64,000 nucleotides of DNA from Patescibacteria group bacterium (GCA_051745165.1 JBNJDU010000003.1:8127-72126); one strand, 5' to 3'. Counted from the stretch's first letter, positions 27,165 through 35,519 are shown. Notes: generated by a model from the sequence alone, not told the origin. Made by a program: numbers and translations.

Positions 27165-27896
27165 ATGTTTGATATGTCTAATAAATTTATGTGGATAGCT
27201 GTATTTGCAGTTTTATCAGCTCTTGTTAATGGTATAGGGATTTGGGCAATTTCTAAGAAAAAAGAGTGGGTAGAAAAAACTAAAAACTATTTTATGTGTT
27301 TTGCTGCTGGAATCTTGGTTACTACCCCATTAATACTTGCTCTACCTAATGCTTTAGAAAAGACTGAATGGGCTGGTTTTGCTGCTTTGGGAGGTTTTCT
27401 TTTTATGTTTTTCTCTAAAAAAATTATAAATTATTATGTTAAAGAGGATTCATTAGTCTTTGGAACGGTTACTGCTCAAGGGATTGGAATTCACTCTTTT
27501 GTTGATGGTGTAGTTTATGCGGTTACTTTTCAAGCATCAATTTTGGTGGGTGTTTTAGCTGCTACTGGAATGGTTATGCATGAGTTTTCAGAAGGAGTAA
27601 TTACTTATTCAGCCTTAATAAAGAGCAATGTGAAAGAAAAGAAGGCTTTCTGGTCTGCTTTTGCAATTGCCGGACTTACTACACCACTTGGAGCGTTTGT
27701 TGGGTATCCTATTATTAGCTTAGTTAATGAAACTGTTTTAGGAGGACTTTTAGGTTTTGTTGCCGGAGTATTATTATTTGTTTCTGCTTCACATTTACTA
27801 CCAGAAGCAGAGGCTGGTGAGAATGAACATTCAGTTGGTGCTTTTAGTGTAGGGGTGGCAATTGCTTTGTTTATATTTTTGAGTAAATTCCTATAA
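27165..27896 (+). CDS. ZIP-family (ZupT-like) divalent metal transporter
   Basis: Polytopic membrane protein with HSFVDGV and HEFSEGV motifs. Confidence 0.85.
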   Translation: MFDMSNKFMWIAVFAVLSALVNGIGIWAISKKKEWVEKTKNYFMCFAAGILVTTPLILALPNALEKTEWAGFAALGGFLFMFFSKKIINYYVKEDSLVFGTVTAQGIGIHSFVDGVVYAVTFQASILVGVLAATGMVMHEFSEGVITYSALIKSNVKEKKAFWSAFAIAGLTTPLGAFVGYPIISLVNETVLGGLLGFVAGVLLFVSASHLLPEAEAGENEHSVGAFSVGVAIALFIFLSKFL

Positions 27897-27898
27897 GT

Positions 27899-28154
27899 GC
27901 GCTCGATACCCTCTTTGAAGAACCACTCCTCAAGAATCGCCAGCGGCGATTCGGAAGTTGTATGCTCGCTGATTTATTTTGGCAAAGCCAAAAACCATGC
28001 TAAATCAGCTCCGCAAACTTCTTCAAAAAGAGTATCTTCGCTTCGGGTTGTGAAATTCCTCTGCGAGGGCTTCTTTGAGGAGATGTTCTCGCTTGTGGAA
28101 TAAAACTTTGCTCAATCAACTCAGCGAACTTCTTCAAAGAGGGTATCTTCGCTT
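27899..28154. repeat. Nested-hairpin element, copy A (left arm, 2 hairpins, 3 right-arm copies)
   Basis: Left arm GCGCTCGATACCCTCTTTGAAGAA at 27899-27922. Hairpin GAATCGCC-AGC-GGCGATTC at 27934-27952. Hairpin GCTGATTTA...TAAATCAGC at 27969-28009 with inner TTTTGGC-AAA-GCCAAAA. Right arms at 28019-28043, 28071-28094 and 28130-28154. Confidence 0.85.
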
Positions 28155-28203
28155 ACGATTAAAAACAAAATTTTTTGCAAAGGCTTTTTATTTAACCATA
28201 AAC

Positions 28204-28230
28204 AAAACCGCCCGATTAAGGACGGCTTTT
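28204..28230. terminator. Bidirectional terminator-like hairpin (AAAA-CCGCCC-gattaa-GGACGG-c-TTTT) just 3' of tRNA-Gly
   Basis: Hairpin flanked by an A run and a T run, located between convergent units. Confidence 0.55.
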
Positions 28231-28234
28231 AAAA

Positions 28235-28308
28235 TGGAGCGGGTGATGGGATTTGAACCCACATGACTGGCTTGGAAGGCCAGGGCTCTGCCATTGAGCT
28301 ACACCCGC
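28235..28308 (-). tRNA. tRNA-Gly (anticodon TCC) with genomically encoded CCA
   Basis: Acceptor GCGGGTG/CACCCGC, anticodon stem-loop CTGGC-CTTCCAA-GCCAG, T arm GTGGG-TTCAAAT-CCCAT, 3' TCCA. Confidence 0.9.
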
Positions 28309-28343
28309 ACTATTTAATTGTTATCTATTCAAAGCTCGTAATT

Positions 28344-28372
28344 ATAATAATTAAATTAGGTAAATATGTCAA
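28344..28372 (-). promoter_or_regulatory. sigma70-like promoter for tRNA-Gly (TTGACA-17-TATTAT)
   Basis: Read on the minus strand: -35 at 28372-28367 and -10 at 28349-28344. Confidence 0.6.
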
Positions 28373-28380
28373 TAAAAGTG

Positions 28381-28453
28381 TCGGGGCACTCGGATTCGAA
28401 CCGAGAATCGCTCGCTCCCAAAGCGAGTATGTTAGCCGTTACACCATGCCCCG
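28381..28453 (-). tRNA. tRNA-Pro (anticodon TGG), no encoded CCA
   Basis: Acceptor CGGGGCA/TGCCCCG, anticodon stem-loop CTCGC-TTTGGGA-GCGAG, T arm CTCGG-TTCGAAT-CCGAG. Confidence 0.88.
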
Positions 28454-28465
28454 TTTCGTGAATAT

Positions 28466-28494
28466 ATAATAGCACTTAATTTCAAGTTGGTCAA
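28466..28494 (-). promoter_or_regulatory. sigma70-like promoter for tRNA-Pro (TTGACC-17-TATTAT)
   Basis: -35 at 28494-28489 and -10 at 28471-28466 on the minus strand. Confidence 0.6.
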
Positions 28495-28521
28495 ACGAAT
28501 AAAATATGATATTTTAAAGTA

Positions 28522-29397
28522 ATGGAAAAGGTATTACTAATAGATAGCAACGCTTTGATGTATAGAGCTTATCACGCTCTTCCTCCTTTAAAAAATGAGG
28601 GAGAAGTTGTTAATGCTCTATATGGATTTTTTTTAATTTTCATTAAAGCTTTAGAAGATGTTGAGCCGGATTATGTAGTAGCTGCCTTTGATCGAAAAGA
28701 AAAAACTTTTCGCCACGATATGTTTGAGGATTATAAGGCTCAGAGACCTGATATGCCAGAAGATTTGGTTTCACAAATCCCATTAATTAAAGAGGGCTTA
28801 AAAAGCTTTAAGACACCCGCTCTGGACAAGAAGGGTTTTGAAGCTGATGATATAATTGCTACCTTAGCCAAAAGGTGGGAAAAAAATGCAGAAGTAGTTA
28901 TATTGACCGGAGATAGAGACTTATTACAATTAGTTAATGATAGAGTCTCTGTTCGATCACCTGGAAGAGGAATAAAAAAAATGATAAACTTTGATAAGGA
29001 AAAAGTGGTTAATAAATATGGACTACCGCCAAAGCTTTTTGTTGATTATAAAGCTTTAAGAGGCGATCCGTCAGATAATATTCCGGGAGTAGAAGGGATT
29101 GGAAAGAAAAGAGCTGCGCAATTAATCCAAAAATATGGGAGCGTAGAAGATATATATAATAATTTTGATGAATTAAAAGATACTTTTAAAAAGAGACTTA
29201 AAGGTAAAAAAGAAGAAGTCTTGAAAGGAAAAAAGCTAGTTTTACTTAGAGAAGATGTTGATTTAACAGTTACTTTAGAAGGTGCAAAGTTAAATTATAA
29301 AGACGAAGAAGTTTTAGAGTTTTTTAAAAGATTTAATTTTAAAACTTTAATTGAAAAATATAAGCCTGACGATAACCAGATGGAACTCAACTTATAA
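28522..29397 (+). CDS. 5'-3' exonuclease / flap endonuclease (Pol I N-terminal domain homologue)
   Basis: LLIDSNALMYRAYHALPPL, FEADDIIATLA, ILTGDRDLLQLV, GDPSDNIPGVEGIGKKRA. Confidence 0.9.
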   Translation: MEKVLLIDSNALMYRAYHALPPLKNEGEVVNALYGFFLIFIKALEDVEPDYVVAAFDRKEKTFRHDMFEDYKAQRPDMPEDLVSQIPLIKEGLKSFKTPALDKKGFEADDIIATLAKRWEKNAEVVILTGDRDLLQLVNDRVSVRSPGRGIKKMINFDKEKVVNKYGLPPKLFVDYKALRGDPSDNIPGVEGIGKKRAAQLIQKYGSVEDIYNNFDELKDTFKKRLKGKKEEVLKGKKLVLLREDVDLTVTLEGAKLNYKDEEVLEFFKRFNFKTLIEKYKPDDNQMELNL

Positions 29398-29418
29398 GAT
29401 AATTTTAAAAAAGTGGAA

Positions 29419-30378
29419 ATGAAAACGAGCATATTTAGTAGAATATTTGGAGCCATTGTTTTAGTATCTTTTATTGCTGTGACTTTAGTTTCTACTCTTA
29501 GCTTATTAGGGCAAGTTCAAGTTTTTGAAGATTCTGTTATTAGAGAAAAAACCACTCTTCTTAATTTCTTGCAAACAGCTGCTAGGCAAAAAGAAGAGAA
29601 TGATTTTCTTTCTAATTCAATTTTAAGAAATGTAGAAAATAGTGGTGATATTTCTTTCTTCTGGATTGTTGATGACGAAGGAAGAGTTGTTCGATCAGCT
29701 CAAAACGAGCTTAAAGGTGAGAAAATTGATGACCCTTTTGTCGGTTCAGCAGATTTTAATCAAAGAACAGTTCAATATAAAGGGCGAAGAGTTGAAGTTA
29801 TAGCGCAACCCCTAGAGGGAGTAGACGGAGAAAGATGGACTGCTATTTTAGGTGTTAATATGGCGGAAGTAACGGCTTTTTTGATCCCCGCCTTTGCTAG
29901 AGCGTCTCTGATACTTCTTTTTGCTATTTTACTCTCTATATTTTTATCACTTGCTTTAACTGAAAAGATTATTTCTCCCCTCCTTGATTTAAGGAGAGCT
30001 ATAGAGAAGATAACCAATGGAAATCTTAATCAGAATATAGAAATTAAAACTGGAGATGAAATTGAAGAAATAGGTAGAGAATTTAATGAAATGACACAAA
30101 GATTAAAAGAAAACAGACAGGAATTGGAAGAGGCTAAAAAAGTTTTAGAAATTAGAGTAAGAGCAAGAACTAAAGAGCTAGAAGAATTAATTGACACTTT
30201 AGAAGAAAAAGTAGAAGCAAGAACTCAGGAACTGCAACGAAAGGTTGAAGAACTTGAAAAATTTCATAAATTAACCGTAGGGAGAGAGAAGAAAATGATT
30301 CAATTAAAAGAAGAAAATGAAGAACTAAAAGAGAAGATAGAAAACTTAGAAGAAGAGATAAAAAAATATAAAAATTAA
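29419..30378 (+). CDS. Membrane sensor module: TM, extracytoplasmic domain, TM, HAMP, signalling coiled coil; no kinase domain
   Basis: Two TM helices. HAMP (PLLDLRRAIEKITNGNLNQNIEIKTGDEIEEIGREFNEMTQRLKE). LEIRVRARTKELEE linker motif. C-terminal KFHKLTVGREKKMIQLKEENEELK. ATG 29419 preferred over GTG 29413. Confidence 0.8.
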   Translation: MKTSIFSRIFGAIVLVSFIAVTLVSTLSLLGQVQVFEDSVIREKTTLLNFLQTAARQKEENDFLSNSILRNVENSGDISFFWIVDDEGRVVRSAQNELKGEKIDDPFVGSADFNQRTVQYKGRRVEVIAQPLEGVDGERWTAILGVNMAEVTAFLIPAFARASLILLFAILLSIFLSLALTEKIISPLLDLRRAIEKITNGNLNQNIEIKTGDEIEEIGREFNEMTQRLKENRQELEEAKKVLEIRVRARTKELEELIDTLEEKVEARTQELQRKVEELEKFHKLTVGREKKMIQLKEENEELKEKIENLEEEIKKYKN

Positions 30379-30383
30379 ATTGT

Positions 30384-30932
30384 ATGGCTGAGTGTGAAAA
30401 AATAACAAAAGAATACTTTGAAGATTTTTTAGCATTTTTGCCAGTAGCAGTTTGTTTTGTCGATTCAGAAGGTTATATTTTGAAAGTAAATAAAAAAATG
30501 GAAAAGCTCTTAGGGTATAAGAGTCATGAGCTTATAGACGACAGACTAAACAAACTTTTTGGAGACAATGCAAAAGAGATTTTAAATAAAGAATTGAAAG
30601 ATGAAGAGATTGTTGCACAAGGAAAAAATAAAGAAGTTTCAGTTAATATTTTTAGCGAAAAAAGAGTTGGCAAAGAAAAAACTTGTATTTTTATTGCTTT
30701 GTTTGATTTAAGTCGAGCCAAAGAAATAGAAAAAAAGATGGAAGAAAAAGTAAAAGAGCTAGAAAGATTTAACCGATTGGCTACTGGCAGGGAGTTAAGA
30801 ATGGTAGAGCTAAAAAGAGATAAAAAAAAGTTAAGAGAAGAAAAGCAAGAATTAAAAGAAGAAGTGGAGAAGCTGGAAGAGCAAATTCAAAAGATTAAAA
30901 CTCAGAAAAAAGAAGATGACGAAGAAAAATAA
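30384..30932 (+). CDS. Stand-alone PAS domain protein with C-terminal coiled coil
   Basis: PAS-like FLAFLPVAVCFVDSEGYILKVNKKMEKLLGYK. C-terminal RFNRLATGRELRMVELKRDKKKL, matching the tail of the upstream gene. Confidence 0.75.
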   Translation: MAECEKITKEYFEDFLAFLPVAVCFVDSEGYILKVNKKMEKLLGYKSHELIDDRLNKLFGDNAKEILNKELKDEEIVAQGKNKEVSVNIFSEKRVGKEKTCIFIALFDLSRAKEIEKKMEEKVKELERFNRLATGRELRMVELKRDKKKLREEKQELKEEVEKLEEQIQKIKTQKKEDDEEK

Positions 30933-32529
30933 AAACAACAACTGGGATTTAAAAAAGCTCAAGGCCTACACTGAAGAATTAACTAATTTTTTACCTGTTT
31001 CTTTTTGTGTAGTTAATTTAAATGATAAGATTCTGGAAAGTAATAAGTTTTTTGAAGATTTGACTGGATATTCTCAAATAGATTCAGTTGGTTTAGTTGT
31101 TAATGATTTATTTTTAGAAAAAGAGGAGATTGCTGATCTCCTTGTGGAAATAAAAAAAAGTGATGAAAGGCAAGAAAAAGAAATGACTTTAATAACGAAA
31201 AATGAAGATATTATTCCGGTAAATGTTTCAGGTGTATCAAGAAAAAACAAAAAAAATGGTTTAACTGGATACTTTTTAACTGTAGTTAATACTTCAAAAA
31301 GGAGAAGGATAAAGAAAAAATATAGAAAAAAACTAGATAAAAAAACTAAAAAATTAGAAGAAAAAGCAAAGCAGATGGAAGATTCTAGGTCTGCTCTTTT
31401 AAACATACTTGAAGACGTTGATAGATCTTATAAAGAAGCAGAAAAAGAAAGAACTAAAACGGTTGCTATAATTGAGAACTTTATTGATGGAATGTTATTT
31501 TTTGATGAGAATAATCGTTTGAGTATTATTAATCCAAAAGCAGAAGAGTTTTTTGATATTAAAGCTAGAGATGTTACAGATAGAAGCTTAACTGAATTAG
31601 CTACTTTCCCTACTCTTAAACCTCTTATTAAATTTATAAAAAAAGAAGAAACAAAAGGAGTTAAAGATTTGTTTAGGGAGGAATTACAAATTAATGAGGA
31701 TTTTTATTTAGAGGTTACAACTACAAAAATTGAAGAAGAAGAGAATTTAGGTACTTTAGTTCATATCCATGATATTACGAGAGAGAAAAGAATTGAAAGA
31801 ATAAAAAGTGAGTTTGTTTCTGTTGCTGCGCATCAACTAAGAACACCGCTTTCAGGAATAAAATGGACTTTGGAAACATTTTTAGAAGAAGCAGCGGAAG
31901 AAAAACAGAAATTAAATGAAGATGAGGAAACCTTAATTAGAAAAGCGTATAATGCTAATGAACGAATGGTTAATTTAGTTAATGATTTACTTAATGTAAG
32001 CAGGATTGAAGAAGGAAGGTATGTTTATGATCCAGAAACCACTGATATTTATAAGGTCCTTAATCCTGTAATTAATGATTATAAAGAAACTTTTAAAGAA
32101 AAGGATGGTTTAGAGTTTAAAGTTAATAAAGTTAAAAACAAACTTCCTAAAGTAAAAGTTGACCCAGAAAAAATTGGAATAGTGATTCAAAACTTTTTAG
32201 ATAATGCTATAAAATATACTGATGAAGGAGAAGTAGTGCTTTCTGTCAACATGACCAACGATGATAAAATCAGGATTTCTGTTCAAGATGATGGAATAGG
32301 AATACCAGAAGAGCAACAAGAAAGACTTTTTAATAAGTTTTTCAGAGCTGAAAATGTACAAAGAAAAGATGTAGAGGGTTCTGGATTAGGGTTATTTATA
32401 TCAAAAAATATTATTGAAGCGCATGGAGGAGATATAGGGTTTAATTCTACTGAAGGAGAGGGTAGTATATTCTATTTTACATTGCCGATTACAAAAGAGC
32501 AAAAAGAAGGTTTTTTTAGGGAATTTTAA
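30916..32529 (+). CDS. PAS-PAS sensor histidine kinase (HisKA + HATPase_c)
   Basis: H-box SEFVSVAAHQLRTPLSGI. N, G1 and G2 boxes (NFLDNAIKYT, DDGIGIP, GSGLGLFISK). Overlaps the upstream gene by 17 nt. Confidence 0.9.
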   Translation: MTKKNKNNNWDLKKLKAYTEELTNFLPVSFCVVNLNDKILESNKFFEDLTGYSQIDSVGLVVNDLFLEKEEIADLLVEIKKSDERQEKEMTLITKNEDIIPVNVSGVSRKNKKNGLTGYFLTVVNTSKRRRIKKKYRKKLDKKTKKLEEKAKQMEDSRSALLNILEDVDRSYKEAEKERTKTVAIIENFIDGMLFFDENNRLSIINPKAEEFFDIKARDVTDRSLTELATFPTLKPLIKFIKKEETKGVKDLFREELQINEDFYLEVTTTKIEEEENLGTLVHIHDITREKRIERIKSEFVSVAAHQLRTPLSGIKWTLETFLEEAAEEKQKLNEDEETLIRKAYNANERMVNLVNDLLNVSRIEEGRYVYDPETTDIYKVLNPVINDYKETFKEKDGLEFKVNKVKNKLPKVKVDPEKIGIVIQNFLDNAIKYTDEGEVVLSVNMTNDDKIRISVQDDGIGIPEEQQERLFNKFFRAENVQRKDVEGSGLGLFISKNIIEAHGGDIGFNSTEGEGSIFYFTLPITKEQKEGFFREF

Positions 32530-32541
32530 GTTGAAAAAGGT

Positions 32542-32570
32542 TTGACATTATAAATTTAACGGGTTAGAAT
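32542..32570 (+). promoter_or_regulatory. sigma70-like promoter for the response-regulator pair (TTGACA-17-TAGAAT)
   Basis: TTGACA at 32542-32547 and TAGAAT at 32565-32570. Confidence 0.65.
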
Positions 32571-32599
32571 TAAGTTAGTAAAGATTTAAAAAAACAAAC

Positions 32600-32983
32600 A
32601 TGAAAAAAGTATTGATAATTGAAGATGAGGAAGTGCTTCGCAGTTTGGTTAAAAAGAAGCTTACTAAAAAAGGATACGATGTTGAAGAGGCTGAAGATGG
32701 AGAGGTAGGGATGAGTAAAATGAAAGAATTTAATCCTGATCTTATTTTGTTAGATATTATTATGCCTAATATGGGTGGATTTGAAGTTTTAGAAGAAATG
32801 AATGAAGAGGAAAACCTTTCTAAAATTCCTGTAGTTATTGTTTCTAATTCTGGTCAACCTGTGGAAATAAACAAAGCAAAGGAACTGGGTGTTGAAGACT
32901 GGATTGTTAAAACTGAATTCGACCCAAAGGAGGTTTTAGAAAAAGTCGTTGATCAAATTGGTGAACCTGAAAATAAAAAATAA
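32600..32983 (+). CDS. Single-domain (CheY-like) response regulator
   Basis: VLIIEDEE ... LILLDIIMPNMGGFEVL ... PVVIVSN ... K. Receiver domain only. Confidence 0.9.
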   Translation: MKKVLIIEDEEVLRSLVKKKLTKKGYDVEEAEDGEVGMSKMKEFNPDLILLDIIMPNMGGFEVLEEMNEEENLSKIPVVIVSNSGQPVEINKAKELGVEDWIVKTEFDPKEVLEKVVDQIGEPENKK

Positions 32984-33002
32984 AAAAATAAAACTTAATC
33001 AT

Positions 33003-33368
33003 ATGTCTAAAATATTAGTAGTGGAGGACGATAAATTTTTAAGAGAGATGATTACTAGAAAGCTAGACAAGGAAGGGTATGATGTTTCTCAAGCAGTAGA
33101 TGGCGAAGAAGGATTGGAAAAGATTAGAGAAATTAAACCGGACTTGATCCTTTTAGACCTTATAATGCCTGGTGTGGGTGGATTTGAAGTTTTAGAAGAG
33201 GCAAAAGATGATACAGAAATTCAAGATATCCCTATTGTTATTCTTTCTAATTTAGGTCAAAAATCAGAGGTAGAAAGAGGATTAGATTTAGGTGCAGAAG
33301 ACTTTCTAATTAAAGCTCACTTTACTCCAAAAGAAATTATAAAGAAAGTTAAAGAAGTTATTGAATAA
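33003..33368 (+). CDS. Single-domain (CheY-like) response regulator
   Basis: ILVVEDDKFL ... LILLDLIMPGVGGFEVL ... PIVILSN. Start taken at ATG 33003. Confidence 0.9.
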   Translation: MSKILVVEDDKFLREMITRKLDKEGYDVSQAVDGEEGLEKIREIKPDLILLDLIMPGVGGFEVLEEAKDDTEIQDIPIVILSNLGQKSEVERGLDLGAEDFLIKAHFTPKEIIKKVKEVIE

Positions 33369-34249
33369 TGCCTGAACTTCCTGAAGTTCAGTCCAGTGTT
33401 GAATATTTAAAAGGAAAGGTCCTGGGAAGGACCTTTCTTAAAGTTTGGACTGACACACCTAAAATGGGCGTGACTAAAAAATCTTTAAACGGAAGATTTG
33501 AAGATTTGATTATTGATAAGAAAATAAAAAACGTTAAGAGAAGAGCTAAAAATATTGTATTCCATTTGGAAAAAGATTTAAGTCTGTTAATTCATTATAA
33601 AATGACTGGGCATCTTTTACTTGGAAAATGGAAGAAAAAGAACGGAAGGTGGATTTCAGAAAAGCCGGGACCTCTCAGAGATGACAAAATGAATCAATAC
33701 ATTCGTTTTATATTCTTTTTAGATAATGACAAACAGCTCGCTTTCTCTGATTTGAGAAAGTTTGGCAAAATTGAACTTTGGAAAAATAAAGATTTAGAAG
33801 AAAAACTATCTAAGCTTGGACCAGAACCTTTTAGCGATGACTTCACTCTGAATAAATTTAAAGAAATGATAAAAGGAAGAAGAAAAATGATTAAACCTCT
33901 TATAATGGATCAGAAGTTTTTGGCTGGTGTGGGAAATATTTACGCCTCTGACGCTTTGTGGCTTTCTGAGATACATCCAGAGACAAAAGCTAACCAACTG
34001 ACCGATAAAGAGATAGAAGAGCTCTATCAGTCTATTAAGGAGGTCCTAAAAGAAGGTATTAAAAATAGCGGAGATAGCATGGTTGACTTTAGATTGCCGG
34101 ATGGGACTCGAGGCAATTATCAAAACAAGCAAAAAGTATATAATAAGCACGGAGAAGTATGTAAGAGATGCAAGTCAGAGAAAATAAAAAAAATAAAAGT
34201 AGGTGGACGAGGAACCTATCTTTGCCCTAATTGTCAAGTAAAAAAATAA
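33368..34249 (+). CDS. mutM: Formamidopyrimidine-DNA glycosylase (Fpg/MutM family)
   Basis: N-terminal MPELPEV, H2TH region, and C-terminal zinc finger CKRC...CPNC. Confidence 0.88.
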   Translation: MPELPEVQSSVEYLKGKVLGRTFLKVWTDTPKMGVTKKSLNGRFEDLIIDKKIKNVKRRAKNIVFHLEKDLSLLIHYKMTGHLLLGKWKKKNGRWISEKPGPLRDDKMNQYIRFIFFLDNDKQLAFSDLRKFGKIELWKNKDLEEKLSKLGPEPFSDDFTLNKFKEMIKGRRKMIKPLIMDQKFLAGVGNIYASDALWLSEIHPETKANQLTDKEIEELYQSIKEVLKEGIKNSGDSMVDFRLPDGTRGNYQNKQKVYNKHGEVCKRCKSEKIKKIKVGGRGTYLCPNCQVKK

Positions 34250-34250
34250 T

Positions 34251-35189
34251 ATGATTATAGTCTTACACGGAAAAGACAATTTCAGAACTGATCAGAAGCT
34301 GAAAAGTATAATTTCTGGATACAAAAAGAAAAATAAATCAGGTATAAATATTACTTATTTACCTGACTCCCCTTCTTTTAATGATTTAAAGGACGAGAGT
34401 AGACAATTAGGGATGTTTGAAGAAAAAAGGTTGCTTATAGGAAGGAATGTTTTACAAGATAAAAATCTTAAGAAGAAAATTGAAAAAAACTTAGAAGAGT
34501 TAGTTAAAGGTGATAATATCTTAATTCTCAAGGAGAATAATAAAATAAAAGGTAAATTTGGGAAGAAGATAGAAAGTCTTGATAAATCAAAAGGAATGAT
34601 TCAGGAATTTGAAGAGTTAAAAGGAAGAAAATTAAAATCTTGGTATAAAAAAGAATTTTCTAAGTATAATACTAAATTGGAAAGAGGGGTTGTATCTAAA
34701 CTTATTAATTATGTTGGAAATGACTTATGGCGGGCAAGTAATGAGATTTCTAAATTGGCTAATATGAAATTAAATGAAGAGGTAAGCGTGAATGATGTTT
34801 CTAAGCATGTCCGACCAGATTTCAACACAGATATATTTGAAACAATTGATTCACTTGGTAAAGGTAACAAAGGTAAAGCGATTGAGCTTGTTCAAGAACA
34901 TATTAGAAAAGGAGACTCTCCTTTCTATATTCTTTCAATGATAAATTATCAGGTTAGAAATTTACTAACTGTAAAAGAGTTGGAGGAAGATGGTTTATCT
35001 TATAAAAAAGCAAAAAAAGAAAGTAAAATGAGCCCTTTTGTTTTTAAAAAAACAAAAGCTCAAGCAAAAAACTTTACTTTTGATCAAACTAAAAAAATCC
35101 ACCGTGAATTATTCAGGGTGGATTTAGATTCTAAACTAGGAAAAATAACTCCGCAAATCGGATTAATGTTAATTATTTCTCGTTTTTAG
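34251..35189 (+). CDS. holA: DNA polymerase III delta subunit
   Basis: Size and pattern (IIVLHGKDNFRTDQKL ..., LWRASNEISKL, ...FVFKK...) are typical of HolA. Assigned from family recognition only. Confidence 0.7.
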   Translation: MIIVLHGKDNFRTDQKLKSIISGYKKKNKSGINITYLPDSPSFNDLKDESRQLGMFEEKRLLIGRNVLQDKNLKKKIEKNLEELVKGDNILILKENNKIKGKFGKKIESLDKSKGMIQEFEELKGRKLKSWYKKEFSKYNTKLERGVVSKLINYVGNDLWRASNEISKLANMKLNEEVSVNDVSKHVRPDFNTDIFETIDSLGKGNKGKAIELVQEHIRKGDSPFYILSMINYQVRNLLTVKELEEDGLSYKKAKKESKMSPFVFKKTKAQAKNFTFDQTKKIHRELFRVDLDSKLGKITPQIGLMLIISRF

Positions 35190-35445
35190 CCTTATTGATT
35201 AACTTTGTGAGGCGAGATTTTTTTCGGCTTGCATTCTTCTTCTTAATAACTCCCTTTTTAGCTGCTTTGTCTATAGCTTTGTACGTATCAGAAAGCTTTT
35301 CTTTTGCATCTTTAACTTCCCCCTCATCAACCAAGGTTCTAATTTCTTTAATTGCCTCTTTCATTTTGGTTTTAAAAACCTTGTTTTCTTTCTTTCTTTT
35401 TTTATTTTGTCTTAATCTTTTTTTTGCTGATTCAGATAACGGCAT
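35173..35445 (-). CDS. rpsT: 30S ribosomal protein S20
   Basis: SAKKRLRQNKKRKKENK...KAIDKAAKKGVIKKKNASRKKSRL. Confidence 0.93.
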   Translation of the reverse strand: MPLSESAKKRLRQNKKRKKENKVFKTKMKEAIKEIRTLVDEGEVKDAKEKLSDTYKAIDKAAKKGVIKKKNASRKKSRLTKLINKAKNEK

Positions 35446-35489
35446 ATTTGATTATTAGTTTAAATTTAAATTTCAGTTGTTCGTAACTT

Positions 35490-35517
35490 ATTATACTTGA
35501 AAGTGACCATTAGTCAA
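35490..35517 (-). promoter_or_regulatory. sigma70-like promoter for rpsT (TTGACT-16-TATAAT)
   Basis: -35 at 35517-35512 and -10 at 35495-35490 on the minus strand. The -35 lies 2 nt from the left arm of repeat copy B. Confidence 0.65.
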
Positions 35518-35519
35518 AT

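Noticed and set aside
27899-28154. Possibility that the repeated arms form a CRISPR array
   Set aside because: The repeated units are in inverted, not only direct, orientation. There are only 3-4 per locus, the spacing is irregular, the interiors fold into conserved hairpins, and there are no cas genes nearby.
27897-28469. Three ORFs from the track (27897-28103, 28075-28266, 28263-28469)
   Set aside because: They run through the nested-hairpin repeat and across the tRNA-Gly and tRNA-Pro genes on the opposite strand. Their similarity to ORF 49603-49827 (HAKS.P.T.SKRVSSL, LQRGYLR) is a by-product of the DNA repeat.
23001-33997. Assorted 60-150 aa antisense ORFs inside cca, nusA, rny, the sensor genes and mutM (for example 23001-23192, 23771-23971, 24317-24850, 25670-26128, 29772-30017, 30524-30721, 31074-31406, 33806-33997)
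   Set aside because: Each lies fully inside a longer ORF with clear family motifs. Their compositions are low-complexity mirrors of K/E-rich coding sequence.
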